From the NCBI RefSeq assembly GCF_011386835.1, contig NC_088795.1:29140001-29204000 (forward strand): a stretch of 64,000 nt of DNA. The letters run 5' to 3'. A program made the translations under genes and the position numbers. Each line of letters begins with the position of its first letter. The first letter of the stretch is position 1. The notes under the pieces were generated by a model. It was given only the letters and a program-made list of their open reading frames with translations. It searched no databases and was not told the origin of the DNA. Positions 1 through 11,800 of the stretch are shown in pieces. The stretch comes from Chrysemys picta bellii (taxonomy: Eukaryota).

Positions 1-113
1 CTTCGGCAGCTTGCCTGTGGGAGGTCCCCGGTCCTGAGGATTCGGCATACCCACTGTCGAATTGCCGCCGAATCCACGGGACCGGCGGACCTCCTGCAGG
101 CAAGCCACCGAAG
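1..113. repeat. GC-rich palindromic internal segment of a hAT-type MITE (cut by window start)
   Basis: cttcggcagcttgcctgtgggaggtcc...ggattcggc is the approximate reverse complement of gccgaatcc...ggacctcctgcaggcaagccaccgaag. Similar ttcggc/gaattgccgc motifs occur inside the MITE at 24482-24701. Confidence 0.6.
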
Positions 114-119
114 GAGGTC

Positions 120-470
120 CGCCAATCCATAAGCCAGGAACTGGTCTGGTGACGCCCAGAGCAGGTATAAGCGCCCACAGAAGCTCAGTCTGCTCAATAT
201 CATTCCAGGGTTTGGAACTCTCCCCGCCTGAAGTTTGCAAACTCCCTGAGTCTTAACGTGGTCCAGCCCTGTTCCTAGTTCTACTTCAACCCTGCTCTTG
301 CTCCAGCCCTGTTCCAGCTTTGCTCAAATCTTACTCTCATTCCAACCCGTCTGGCCTCCTGATGCCAGCTGCGACCCTTGGCTCCAACTACTAGGCCTGA
401 CTGCCATGGCTCCAACCATTAGACCGGACCATCACCACCACCAGTTTGAGCAGACTGACCCCCAGTCAGG
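120..470 (+). repeat. 5' LTR (partial) of the Gypsy element
   Basis: gctcagtctgctcaatatcattccagggtttggaactctccccgcctga (about 183-231) matches gcttagtctgctcaatatcactccagggtttggaattctctcctgcctga (about 5863-5912); ctccaaccattag is also shared. Boundaries approximate. Confidence 0.7.
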
Positions 471-2265
471 CTCAGTGAGCAAGATGGATCTCGTATGCCC
501 ACAATCAAAATGAAATCTCCAGGCACCCCCACCACAGATGACGGTTCTGGAGACCTTGAGCTAGTTCCAAATGGCCCAGATAAAGCAGGAAAATTTCTTC
601 TTATCCTCACAGGTCCCAGTGTTCCCAGGCCCCTTTGCACCATCATCCATGACATTACAAGATCTAGGCCCCTAGATCCCCCTATCAGATTTGATGGGAG
701 CCATCAGAAATTTCAGGGGGTTCTCAAAGTGTGTACTCTTCCTGTTGCACCCCGCAATGTATCTGAATGACCAGGTCAAGGTAGGGGTCAGCCTATTGAG
801 AGGCAAAGCACTGGATTGGGCATCACCACTCCTGGAGAAGGGAGTCCTGATTCTCCATGACTCTGTTGAATTTGTCAGTCTCTTTTCACACGTTTGATGA
901 CCCGCATCATGACTGCTCCACCAAAGTCACGCTGCTGTCAGTCACTCAAACAAGGCCTCATGCCATTGTGGCCTGTGCCACTCACTTCCATGGGCTGGTC
1001 GCAGACACTACTTAGAATGAACCAGCACAGATTTACCATTTCTATCAAGGCCTGAATGATGAAGTAAAAAATGAACTGGTCTGCATGTATCCCCCCACAG
1101 CCTTGCTCCCCTACATCAAGTTGTGCATCCACATTGACAACTAACTGTTTAAGCAATTCCAGGAAAGAAGAAAAGTACATGCTCTGTCCCGTCTAGTCTT
1201 AGTCTGTTCCCAACATCTCTCCCAGACAAACACCGAACAAGAACTCAGGCGGGTAGACATGACACGATGACTCCTCTCAGATCAAGAGAAGGAATATTGT
1301 CTGAATGGCCTCCAACTGTACCATGGGGTATAAGGCTACTTTGCCACCAGGTATCCCCTCAACTCCTGTTCTATGGCTGGTCTGGAGAAATTGGCAGGTT
1401 CAGCAACACTAGGCAGAACCCCACCAGACAGAACAACAGGATCAGGTTTCCCAAATAAACCCCCTCCTGCTACCTGCATGTCTGTAGTGGTTAGGATACA
1501 ATGGCCAATCCTACCTTCAAATGAAGCTCTGACTTTGGGCCCTGTCTACACCTGCACCCAGCTTGCACTGATAGACTATGGAACCTCTGGCAATTTCATG
1601 GACACCGGATCTACTAAAAGACAAGCCACCTACTGGTGCAAACAAAGTTTGCACCTGATTTGGTGGAGGCAATTGATGGCAGCTTGCTGTCCTCCGGCCC
1701 AGTCGTCTATGAGACTGCACCCCTCCAAGTTGTAATTCAAGACCACCAGAAAACCCTGTAATTTAGCTTGATTGACTCACTGTGCTTCCCAATCATGCTT
1801 GGCATCCCATGGCTGTCCTTCCACAATCCGAGCATTTCTTAGAGAGAACTACAAGTTCGGTTCTAATTGGATTGTCTACATCAGTGCTTAGTGCAACTTG
1901 GTGTTGAGGACCCTAGATGTACTTTGGGCAAGGCCACCATTTTCTGCACACAGCAGGCTTGGAGCGAGAATAACTCATCAATTTCTGTGAAATGCGAGGA
2001 CTTAGCAGACGTACTCAATAAAAGAAATACTGATGCTTTGCCTCCACATAAGCCCTATGACTGCCCCATAGACCTCCCGCCAGGGGCAAAATCCCCTTCA
2101 GGCAAATTTACCTTTTGTCGGAACCTGAATTCAGGGCCTTTCAGGAGTATCTCAATGAAAATCTGGCAAAGAATTTTATCTGTCCACCTAGAGCCCCACT
2201 GGGGCCCCAATCCTGTTTTGTCCCCCCTCCCAAAAAGCACCTTGTGCCTCTGTATAGATTATTGA

Positions 2266-2721
2266 GTGCTGAACAGTATCACCATTAAAAATCTATATCC
2301 TTTGCCATTTATCAGTGAACTACTGGAGAGGGTCAGCTCAGCTAAAATTTTCACTAAGCTCGACCTATGTGGCATCTATAAACTGGTCCACATCCAAAAG
2401 GGTGATGAATGGAAAACAGCCTTTCATACTCTATATGGACATTTTGAGTACCTTGCCATGCCTTTTGGTTTCTGTAATGCCCCTACCCCATTCCAGCACT
2501 TGGTTAATGATATCTTCAGGGATGTTCTGGACCAGTTTATCATAATCGTCCTACATGACATTCTAATTTTTTCAGAGAACCAAACCTTGTATCACCAGCA
2601 CATCCGATTGGTACTTGAACATCTTCAAGCGAATAGTCTTTATAGGAAACCTGAGACGTGTGAATTTGATCACTCATTTCTGTGGACTTCTTGCATTATA
2701 CCATCTCTCCCAGTGGATTAA
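2266..2721 (+). pseudogene. Gypsy reverse transcriptase remnant
   Basis: [36 protein letters not shown]...; the catalytic YLDD is decayed to VLHD. Confidence 0.9.
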
Positions 2722-4127
2722 GTATGAATCCCCCAAAGGTCTCTGATTTTGACTGGGCAACTCCCAAAAGCATCTGGGATACCCAGTGTTTGAGGGTTTG
2801 CCAACTTCTACAAGCAATTCATGCAGGGGTTCCCACAAGTGGCATTGCCAATTGCCCAGCTTCTAGGGAAGAACTCCACTTTCAACTGGACACCAGAAGC
2901 CTAACTGGCTTCTAATAGACTGAAGAAAGCATTTACTTCTGCCCCCATCCTAGTACACAGATCCATCTAAACCCTTTGCTGTCAAAACAGATGCTTCCAA
3001 TTATGCAATTGGGGCAGCATTAGCTCAACAACATGGGCCTTCGAATGACCTTCACCCTTGTGTCTTTTATTCTAGGAAATAGACACCTGAGGAACAAAGT
3101 TACAAAATCTACAATAAGTTATTGGTCATCAAGGCTGCATTTCAGGATTGGCACCATCATCCAGAAGGTGCACTTTCCAGTCTAAGTGTTCACCAACCAT
3201 AAAAACCTGGAACATCTCCTAATGGCCTCAGCCCTCAACCAACATCATATATTGGTCCATCTTTTCTAGATTTAACTTCATCCTGACTTACTGGAAATCA
3301 AAATGGCAAACCTAACGTGTCATCCCACAAGGAGAACTAATTAGATAAGGGGGATAACCCTTCTGAACCTACCACTGTGTTGATGTCCTGCCATTTTGTA
3401 AAATGCACTGGCCAATAGTGATCTTTTGGCCCTTGTAAAGTCCTCACTGGCCAACGATCTGCTTTCAGTGACATGGGTGTCAGCCAATTCTAATCCAAAC
3501 TTCTCAGTCACAAATGAGTTACTTTATGTTCCCAATGAACCACTCCATCTAGCTGTACTCCAGCTATGCCAGGATTCCCCTCTGGCAGGCTATTTCAGGT
3601 ACTGGAAGACAACAAAGCTGCTCTATCAAAACTTTTGATGGCCAAAACTATTTTCTTCATCAAATCTTAAATTGCTTCCCATTAGGTGTGTGGCCAGACA
3701 AAGACTCCCTATGCCAGACCTCTAGGTGTCCTGATCCTGCTTCTAACCCTATCCCAAACCTGGGCCTTTATATGGATTGACTTCATCACAGACCTCCCCA
3801 TGTCTCAGGGCTGCATAGGTGTACTGGTCATCATTGACCTCCTCATGAAAATGGAGAACTTTGCCTTGTCAGAAGATCCCCACTGCAGAAGCAACAGCTC
3901 ACTTAAAAAAAAAAAAAAAAAAAACTTGACCTTCGAGCTCCATGGGTTATATTACATCTGATCTTGGACCACAATTTATCACCCACTTTTGGAACAAAGT
4001 GTTCATACTCCTGGAAGTCACCTGCTTATTTCCACTGCCTACCATCCCAAGATGAACAAACAGAACAGGTAAACCAAATTCTCCAACAGGGTATGGCAGA
4101 AAGAATGTGGCAAGACAGATTCTAAAC

Positions 4128-4853
4128 CGGGGTGGGCAAACTTTTTGGCCCAGGGCCACATTGGTTGCGCAACTGTATGGAGGGCCGGGTAGGGAAGGCT
4201 GTGCCTCCCCAAACAGCCTGGCCCCCGCCCCCTATCCACCCCCTCCCACTTCCTGCCCCCTGACTGCCCCCCTCAGAACCCTCAACCCATCCAACCCCCC
4301 TGTTCCTTGTCCCCTGACCGCCCTCTCCCCGCCCCCTATCCACCCCCACCCCCTATCCAGCCCCCCTTCTCCCTGTCCCCTGACCACCCCCCCGGGACTC
4401 CCACACCCTATCCAACCTCTGCTCCTCGTCCCCTGACTACTCCCTCCCAGGACCCCCTGCCCCTAACTGCCCCCCGGGATCCCACCCCCTTATCCACCCC
4501 CCCTGCTCCCTGTCCTCTGACTGCTCTTCCGACCCCTCTCCACATCCCCACCCCAACAGACCCCCCGACAGGCGCCCCGGAACTCCCACTCCCAACCCTC
4601 CCAGTTCCCCATCCCCTGACCGCCTGCCCCAGAACCTCCACCCCATCCAACCACCCCCCTCCTCCCTGACTGCCCCCCAGGACTTCCTGCCCCTTTACCA
4701 GCAGCAGGAGCTCGCAGCTGCGCTCCCCACACTGCCCGGTGGGCCAGAGTGGGGCCGTGTGGCTGCGGGAGAGGGGCCAGGGACTAGGCTCCCTGGCCGG
4801 GAGCTCAGGGTCCGAACAGGATGGTCCTGTGGGCCGTAGTTGGCCCATGTCTG
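4128..4853. mobile_element. hAT-type non-autonomous DNA transposon inserted in the Gypsy integrase, with C-rich tandem internal repeats
   Basis: Perfect 8-bp TSD TTCTAAAC (4120-4127, 4854-4861). Imperfect TIRs CCGGGGTGGGCAAACT / AGTTGGCCCATGTCTG. Internal cctgac(c/t)gccc repeats. Confidence 0.88.
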
Positions 4854-5053
4854 TTCTAAACTCTACGCTCCAAGGACAACTGATGTACCTTGTAGACTGG
4901 GCAGAGTATGGCCCAGTTGACTGTGGGAACCAGCTGGTAACATCATGCACCCGACCTCCTTTGTGAATTTCATCACTCATACCCTGACAAGCAGGGTCCA
5001 AAGACATTGAAAAGGCATGCTTGGGGGTGGTGGTGGTGGTGGGGTGGTAGTAA

Positions 5054-5762
5054 CAGGGCCAGTGCAAGGAAGTTTTGCGCCCTATGCGAAACTTCCACCT
5101 TGCTCCACCACCCCACCCCTGCGGCAGCTCCCCAACCCCACCTCTGCCCTGAGGTGCCCCCCCCCCCCGCAGTAGTCCCCCCCCCCCGCAGGGAGCCGTG
5201 CGGCAGCTCCCCACCCCATCTCACCTCTGCTCCGCCTCCTCCCCGAGCATGCCACCCCCACTCTAATTCTCCTCCCAGGCTTGCGGTGCCAAACAGCTGA
5301 TTGGCGCCGCAAGCCTGGGAGGCGGGAGAAGCGGAGCAGCGACAGCGTGCTCGGGGAGGGGGTGTAGCAGAAATGAGCTGGGGTGAGGAGCCCTGCGGCA
5401 GCTCCCCCCCTGCCCTGAGGCACCCCCACGGCAGCTCCCCCCCGCCTTGAGGCACCCCCGTGGCAGCTCTCCACCCCCCCGGCCCAGGGAGCCATGCGGC
5501 ATCTCCCCACCCCAGCTCACCTCTGCTCCGCCTCCGCCCTGAGCACGCCGCCTCCGCTCTAATTCTCCTCCCAGGTTTGCGGCGCCAAACAGCTGATTGG
5601 TGCCGCAAGCCTGGGAGGCGGGAGAAGTGGAGCGGCAACCGCGTGCTCAGGAAGGAATGCTGTAAAAAAAAAAAAAAAATTGGGGGCACCGCTTTTTGGC
5701 GCCCCCAAATCTTGGTGCCCTAGGCAACTGCCTAGTTCGCCTTAATGGTAGCACCGGCCCTG
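5054..5762. mobile_element. hAT-type MITE inserted at the polypurine tract / 3' LTR junction
   Basis: Perfect 8-bp TSD GGTAGTAA (5046-5053, 5763-5770). TIRs CAGGGCCAGTGC / GCACCGGCCCTG. Confidence 0.92.
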
Positions 5763-6059
5763 GGTAGTAATACAAGGTGATGAGTCACTCATGTGCTGGG
5801 CTCCAGCCAATCTGCAAGTCTCTACTCCCAGGGCAGGTGTAAATCCCACAGGAGGAACCGTAGCTTAGTCTGCTCAATATCACTCCAGGGTTTGGAATTC
5901 TCTCCTGCCTGATGGTGGCAACCAGCTCCCTGAGCCTCACCTGGCTCCAGCCTTGCTCACTCCAACCTCAGTGTGGATTCTCCATTCTGGCTCTGATCCC
6001 TGGGCTCCAACCATTAGGCCTGACCATCCCCACCACTCTTTCTGACACCCAGCTTGACA
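5763..6059 (+). repeat. 3' LTR of the Gypsy element
   Basis: Follows the G-rich tract at 5022-5047 once the MITE is removed, is similar to 120-470, and ends ...gcttgaca. Confidence 0.7.
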
Positions 6060-6940
6060 CACAGTAAGTGATCATGTAGACATGCCCCTAAATATTCTTA
6101 TGTTTGTTTTCATCTTTCATATCATCCATTAGTGTTTAAATCCACACAGGTCAGATACAAAACTCCAGCACACTGAGCATAGCAGGTCCTAAATTTAGGG
6201 CATACTAACTGGGCACCTTCATCGTTCTTAGCTGGAAATGAGCCTGTTTGGGGGCCTCGTTTCTGCTCTCAGTTACTTTGTTTTAACTGAGATCATAATC
6301 TGGTGTGAAATCCTGACCAAAGTCAATGAAAAACTCCCATTGACTTATAGGAGTCAGGGCCAGGGTTTCACCCCTGGTCTTTTTTTCTGCTGTCTAACAT
6401 TTTGTTTACTTATTACTTTCCTTACAGGTAACATAATAAAAGGGTCTGTACATCCTATTTCTGGGAAACTGAATTTAATAATTCCATTAAAACAAACTTT
6501 ATAGTGATTTTAACCTATGAATGCTAAACCAGAGAGAACACTGGATTGTAAGTGAAGAAAATATAGTTTGGGGCTCAGTTCTCCTTCCATTCAAAGTCAG
6601 TGGTCAAGCTCCCATTGACTTCGGTAGGATCATTATGGAGCCTAAGCAATGATGAATGTCTTTAAATGCCGACTACTCAGGTCATGACACTTCAGCTAAA
6701 AACAAGCTTGAATTTCAGTGCAGATGGTGGCTAAATGTACTGGGAGGATTGTATTGTATGCTTCCTGACGCAGTGTAGAGATCTTCTTACAGTATCCAGC
6801 GCCATCAACCTTGACTCCTCTTGCAGCAGGTGTTAAGTAATTTGGCATCTCTTATTCTGCCTATAATAATTAAGTTGCTCTTTAGTGCTTTTCATCTTCA
6901 GATCTCAAAGTGGTTTACAAAAGAGATCAGTATCATTACT

Positions 6941-7125
6941 GAGAGCTAGTAACAGATGACAGCAAGAAGGCGGAGGTGTTTAATTCCTATTTTGCTTCAG
7001 TCTTCACTAGAGAGTTTAATGGTGACTAGATACTCAACACAATATCAACAAGGAGGAAGGAACATAAACCAAAATAGGGAAAGAACAGGTTAAAGAATTA
7101 GATATATTCAATTAATCAAGGGCTT
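6941..7125 (+). mobile_element. CR1 LINE ORF2 fragment
   Basis: Translates ELVTDDSKKAEVFNSYFASVFTRE, matching the CR1 ORF2 motif KAEVLNxFFASVFT. Confidence 0.75.
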
Positions 7126-9070
7126 AGTTTAGAGCCCTCCGCCTGCACAGACGGACCTTTATTCTTTCCAAGACTTGAAGCATTGCTAACCTGCCAAAAA
7201 AAGCACCAACCTGCAATAGCACATATAAATTTGAACTCAGTCTACTGTGCCTTTGGAGATGCACAGGAAAAAGTTTGGAGCAGCAAAGCAGTACTCCTGA
7301 ACCCCTTTGCACCTTACAAGGTCTACAGAGATCGAGCCAATGGCTCCTGAAGAAAGACATGGTGAAACAGGGATATAAAATACACAGAGGCTAAGGCCAG
7401 ATCTACTCTACAAAGTTTTGTTGGCATAGCTATGTCAATCAAGTGGGAAAAAACCGACATCCCCTAGCTGCCATAGCTATGTTGGCAACACCCCCAGTAT
7501 AGACACTGGGGTGCCATCCAGAGTGCTTGTGTCAGCATAGCTAAAGCTGTTCAGGGAAGTGGTGACAGTGATGGCAGGAAAACTTCTGTGGGCATATGTT
7601 CCGTAACACTAGAGGGCGCTGTTGGCAGAGCTAGATCAGGCAAGCCTGTGTAGACTAGCCCGAATGCTGAGAGTTGGTGAGCACCCACAGATCCCATCAG
7701 GCCCTGGTTAGGATATACTGAGCACCCTCTTCTTCAGAGAGCCTAAAACAATAGTGTCAACAGCCCCATCCATCTCAATGGAGTATTAAAGCCTAATTAC
7801 AATAATTTAATGCTAATATTGCTAGCAATTTCACTGCTGATCGTTCTAGCAGAAACATCAAGCTCATGTGGTTATCCAGCCCTGGTGGATGTACTGGCAG
7901 ATACCAGGGACAGGGCCATTTATTTTTGTTAAGGGTTACTGGGGCAGGGAATAAGGAATTCAACTCTATAAATGTAAAGGCAGTGCCTTCATGCCTAAAA
8001 GGGGAATGGAAAGATGCCCAATGCCAAAAGTCAATTTCTTCCCCAGTATCAAAACCCAAATGTGCCTCCCACAGCAACCTGAGTACGAGAAACCACAGCT
8101 GTGGTTTCTATCCAGCAGCCAAAGCTTCCAATTTGTCCCTTGGGAACTTCTAACATGTACTTACGAGTTCCATTAAAAAAAATTATCTGTGCCCAATGAA
8201 AGTTTGAGGGCAATGTAAAGTAAATTGAATTTAATTTCCTTTGATTTAATTGTACTTATTTCACTTCAACAGCTTTTAATCCATAGCCTGCTTCATAGCA
8301 TAGGCCTGTGTGACAGCCACAAGACATTTGTTCCAAGGCCTCTTTAAACATTTTTGTCAGCAATATGTTTTGCAGTTAATCTGTGCCAGTATGTAACTGA
8401 AAGAAGGGTGATGAGACATTAAAAATTCTATACACCCCCTCCAAAAAAATTTACCATCAAAGATGCTACCTTCAGGCTACTTGCAGGAATGTGCTTTGGA
8501 GATTTGGACAACATTTTTTTCATTAATATATAAAAGCATCACAGATGAGACCCTGTCAAACAAAGTGCCTTTCTCAGCACTGAAAGTGGAGCATAATTAC
8601 TGTACAGTTTGTGTGAGGGGGCTGAAGCTCTCATTTGGAAAGACTTCAAAGGATATCTTGAGGCAGTCAGGTTAGAGGCTGAGTAAATGCTGCAGTGTTC
8701 AGATACCCATTCACTACCAATTGATCACCGGAGTTTGAAATGAACTCCCAAAACCGAGTGAAAAATAATAATTACAAGCACTTTTAAATCTTTATCAGAG
8801 AATATCAAATTATGGCACATCACAGTTAACTATACTAAGCATCATAACATTTCTCTCTGTTCTCTTTCTGTACCCATTACATGGTTTAAAGCGAGGTTAG
8901 TGTTTGTTAAAAAAGGTACCAAATTGACAGCTTGGGGACAGAGGCCCAGATCCTAGAGTCTAAAGTATTTAGATGCCTAAATCAATGGGAGTTAGGTGCC
9001 CAAATACCATTGAGGATCTAGATCAGAATTCCTCTGAACCCCAGTATTATTACAATACATGCAGCAGCGC

Positions 9071-9171
9071 TGGGTTGCCCATTTTACTTGGATGTATTCC
9101 TGGAGATTTCATCACAACATAATATTTAATTCCTGGATACGACAGGACAATCCTGGAGGGTTGGCAACCCT
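9071..9171. mobile_element. Short hAT-like MITE remnant
   Basis: Termini tgggttgccc / ttggcaacccta; no clear TSD. Confidence 0.45.
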
Positions 9172-11761
9172 ACACCCAGCACCGGCCAGTGAGTCTGATC
9201 CTGCACTATAGAAGCAATTGACTTCAGTTAGTGCAGCATCAAGGCCAACGTGTCATAGTCCTTAGGAGGAATTTCCACTAGGTATGGTTCACACTCCCAA
9301 TGCTCATTTAATACTTGCTCTCCATTGAGAGATGTCAATACCTTACTCAACATACCACACTGTTCCTTCCATGGCAACAATCCAGACTTCCTTTACAGGA
9401 GTCTGACTACAGAGTTTTGAAGTTATTACTGTAGAATCCCATGGAAACTTTTAATAAAGATGGGTTCATAACTAGGGATGAATGGATTCTCCAGAACAAC
9501 TAGCCTTGGTCTCAAGTTTTGATGTTCAATGAGCCTCCCCTTTTATCCTATTATAGGTAGGATCTCAGCCTGCTGCTGCTCTTGTCTGAGGCTTCCAGTA
9601 GAATGGCTCTAGCACTGCTGTGCACTTTTGGTACTCATGGACAGGGAAGCATTAAAGATCGGCATCAGAAGGCCCAACTAAGCTGACTGGGGTCAGGGGA
9701 AGAGTTTCGGAACCTCCTGCTAAAAGTTTCCCCTTTCATGAGGGAAAAGGGATACCTGGCTTTCCTTTAAAGCAGTTGCAGTCAGGGTAGAAAGCTCCTC
9801 ACAACAAACATTGGAGTGGAGGGAAGGGTAAGTCATGACAGAGAGCCTTCAAGAACTTAACTCATCTTGGGTTGCTTGTCTGAACTACACTTCTAGTAAT
9901 TTGAAGACTTGCTAGTCACTACTATAACCCACTGCCCTTCAAGGGCACTGTAGCCTCCACTATTCTCCCATGAATTCTCCCCTATACCCATAAAAGCCCA
10001 CTTTATTGCTTTACCTTTGATCCCATTGGGGGCATAGCAAATGTCCAGCTCTCTGCTTGGCCCCATTCAAACCTCACATGTGTTGGAGCTTCTCTCAAAT
10101 AACAAACAATTGTTTTAGTGAGGCCTTAAAATCAAGTTCCTGTCTCTTATCTGAGGACTTTAAAGATCACAGAGCACGTTTTGTAGGAGTTTGCCCTAGT
10201 CTACTTGGCTGAAATTTTAGTTGCCTTTTTTGCTATTCTGTGCTGTTTTTTCCCCAGAGGTAGCTGCATTCACGGAATTAGTGGGATCCTTACAATTAAG
10301 GCACCCTGCCCTGGTTAGCTTAGCTCCCTCTTCCAGGCCCCTTAAGCACTCTTAAGGCTCACAACACCCCTTTCTGGGGCTAGTTTAATATCAGATTAAG
10401 TTCACAGAGTTCTTAACTACAAAATAAGCCAACCAATCCTCAATGAGTTCCCAACATAAAGCCCAAAATTGTAATTCAGCAGTTCACTATTCTACATAGC
10501 TGTAATTAGCTCTTCCCTCTCAATACTACCTTCATTGGTCTGTAAGGTTATTAGTATATGAGAGACATACAGTAGTTGATAGAGGAACACAGCACAATTT
10601 GTACTGCTGTCAAACTCCTATAAAATGGAAAGGTAACAATTTGAGATCTAATCTGATGGTAATGCTACTACATTTGGGGTCTGACATTCACAGAGGGACT
10701 GAATTTTACAAACAAAGTAATTAAATACAATTGAGTGAATGGAATATTAAAATGTAGTCTTAATTATGCTATTGTGGTCTTAAATTAATCCTTTACACTA
10801 CTGTAGCATTGCTTACAAAATCTAGGTTTGTTTAGTTTTTTTTTTTTTTTTTTTTAAAGATAGTGGTATTACTCTTACATTGGATACTGCATTGATAATA
10901 TAAAAGTTCCTTTGAAACTGACACTAAGAGCCTATGACCTAAGCTGTAACAAGTTTTGACAGAATTCCCCATCCACATTGCAAACAAGGAAGGCATTAGA
11001 ACACGAGCACCCCTAATTGCACTAGACAGCCATATGCCAGAGTTAACTCATTTTTCAATTTGAACAAATAGGTTCATTTGCCCAGTTCTAAGAGGCAGGT
11101 TTTAGCTACATATTGCAGACAGGACAGAGATGGAAGTGACCACAAATTGAAAAGTAATCAATCCCTATAGACCTGTCATGGAAAATGCACAATGTGGTGA
11201 GCATCTTGTAATAGATTCAGATTTATACTATCCTGCATCTGCTGTTATGCCTGTATCACTACAGTATGAACACCAAACCACACAGATCATGTGTGCATTG
11301 AGATGTCCATTCTTTCCTGCTGTTTGGAGTCTTTTGTTTGTTTCCTGCCCCCATTTTGAGGCTTCCCAGACTACTCTTAGCCAAGCTCATAAGCATTACA
11401 GTGTCCAAATGTGCAACCTCTGCTACATGTCAGACCTCATGGAAATTACATCTTAAACCTCATGTAAATCAGAATGCCTGCATCAGGTGCAGTGAATGGA
11501 ATATCCTTCCCATGCTTAAAGTCCTCCCTGCATCTCCTCCTTCCTGTCTTGTGCCAGAGCTCCAGACTTCAGCTATTTGGATTCATGGCCATTAAAAATT
11601 TCTGCAAGTTGTACTTTAGAAAATAGAAAGGCCCAGCCTCCACTAGAATAAAGCCACATGCATGAGACCTCAGAGCTGCCTGTGTTGCCAAAAAACGGAT
11701 CCCATAACTTAAACTAACTCCCTAATTGCTCCAATATTTTGATGTCACTAGTCCTCACTGA

Positions 11762-11764
<3 letters not shown>

Positions 11765-11795
<31 letters not shown>
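11765..11795. repeat. (CA)n microsatellite
   Basis: Direct dinucleotide run. Confidence 0.95.

Positions 11796-11800
<5 letters not shown>

Larger units (their letters stand above)
120..6059 (+). mobile_element. Decayed Gypsy/Ty3 LTR retrotransposon with integrase chromodomain (chromovirus type)
   Basis: Domain order gag (LRGKALDWASPLLEK, about 790-840), protease (ALIDYGTSGNFMD, about 1560-1600), RT ([24 protein letters not shown]...[16 protein letters not shown], 2266-2720), RNase H (KTDASNYAIGAALAQ, about 2985-3030), integrase (WAFIWIDFITDLPMSQG, about 3760-3810), chromodomain (YLVDWAEYGP, about 4885-4915). Many stops and frameshifts; LTR-like repeats at both ends. Confidence 0.93.

Noticed and set aside
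4107-5723. Long Pro/Gly-rich ORFs on both strands (up to 268 aa)
   Set aside because: They arise from GC-rich low-complexity MITE interiors that lack stop codons; no protein family features.
7330-7385. CCAAT plus TATAAAA spacing as a promoter
   Set aside because: No downstream exon or CpG island supports it; such motifs occur by chance in AT-rich DNA.
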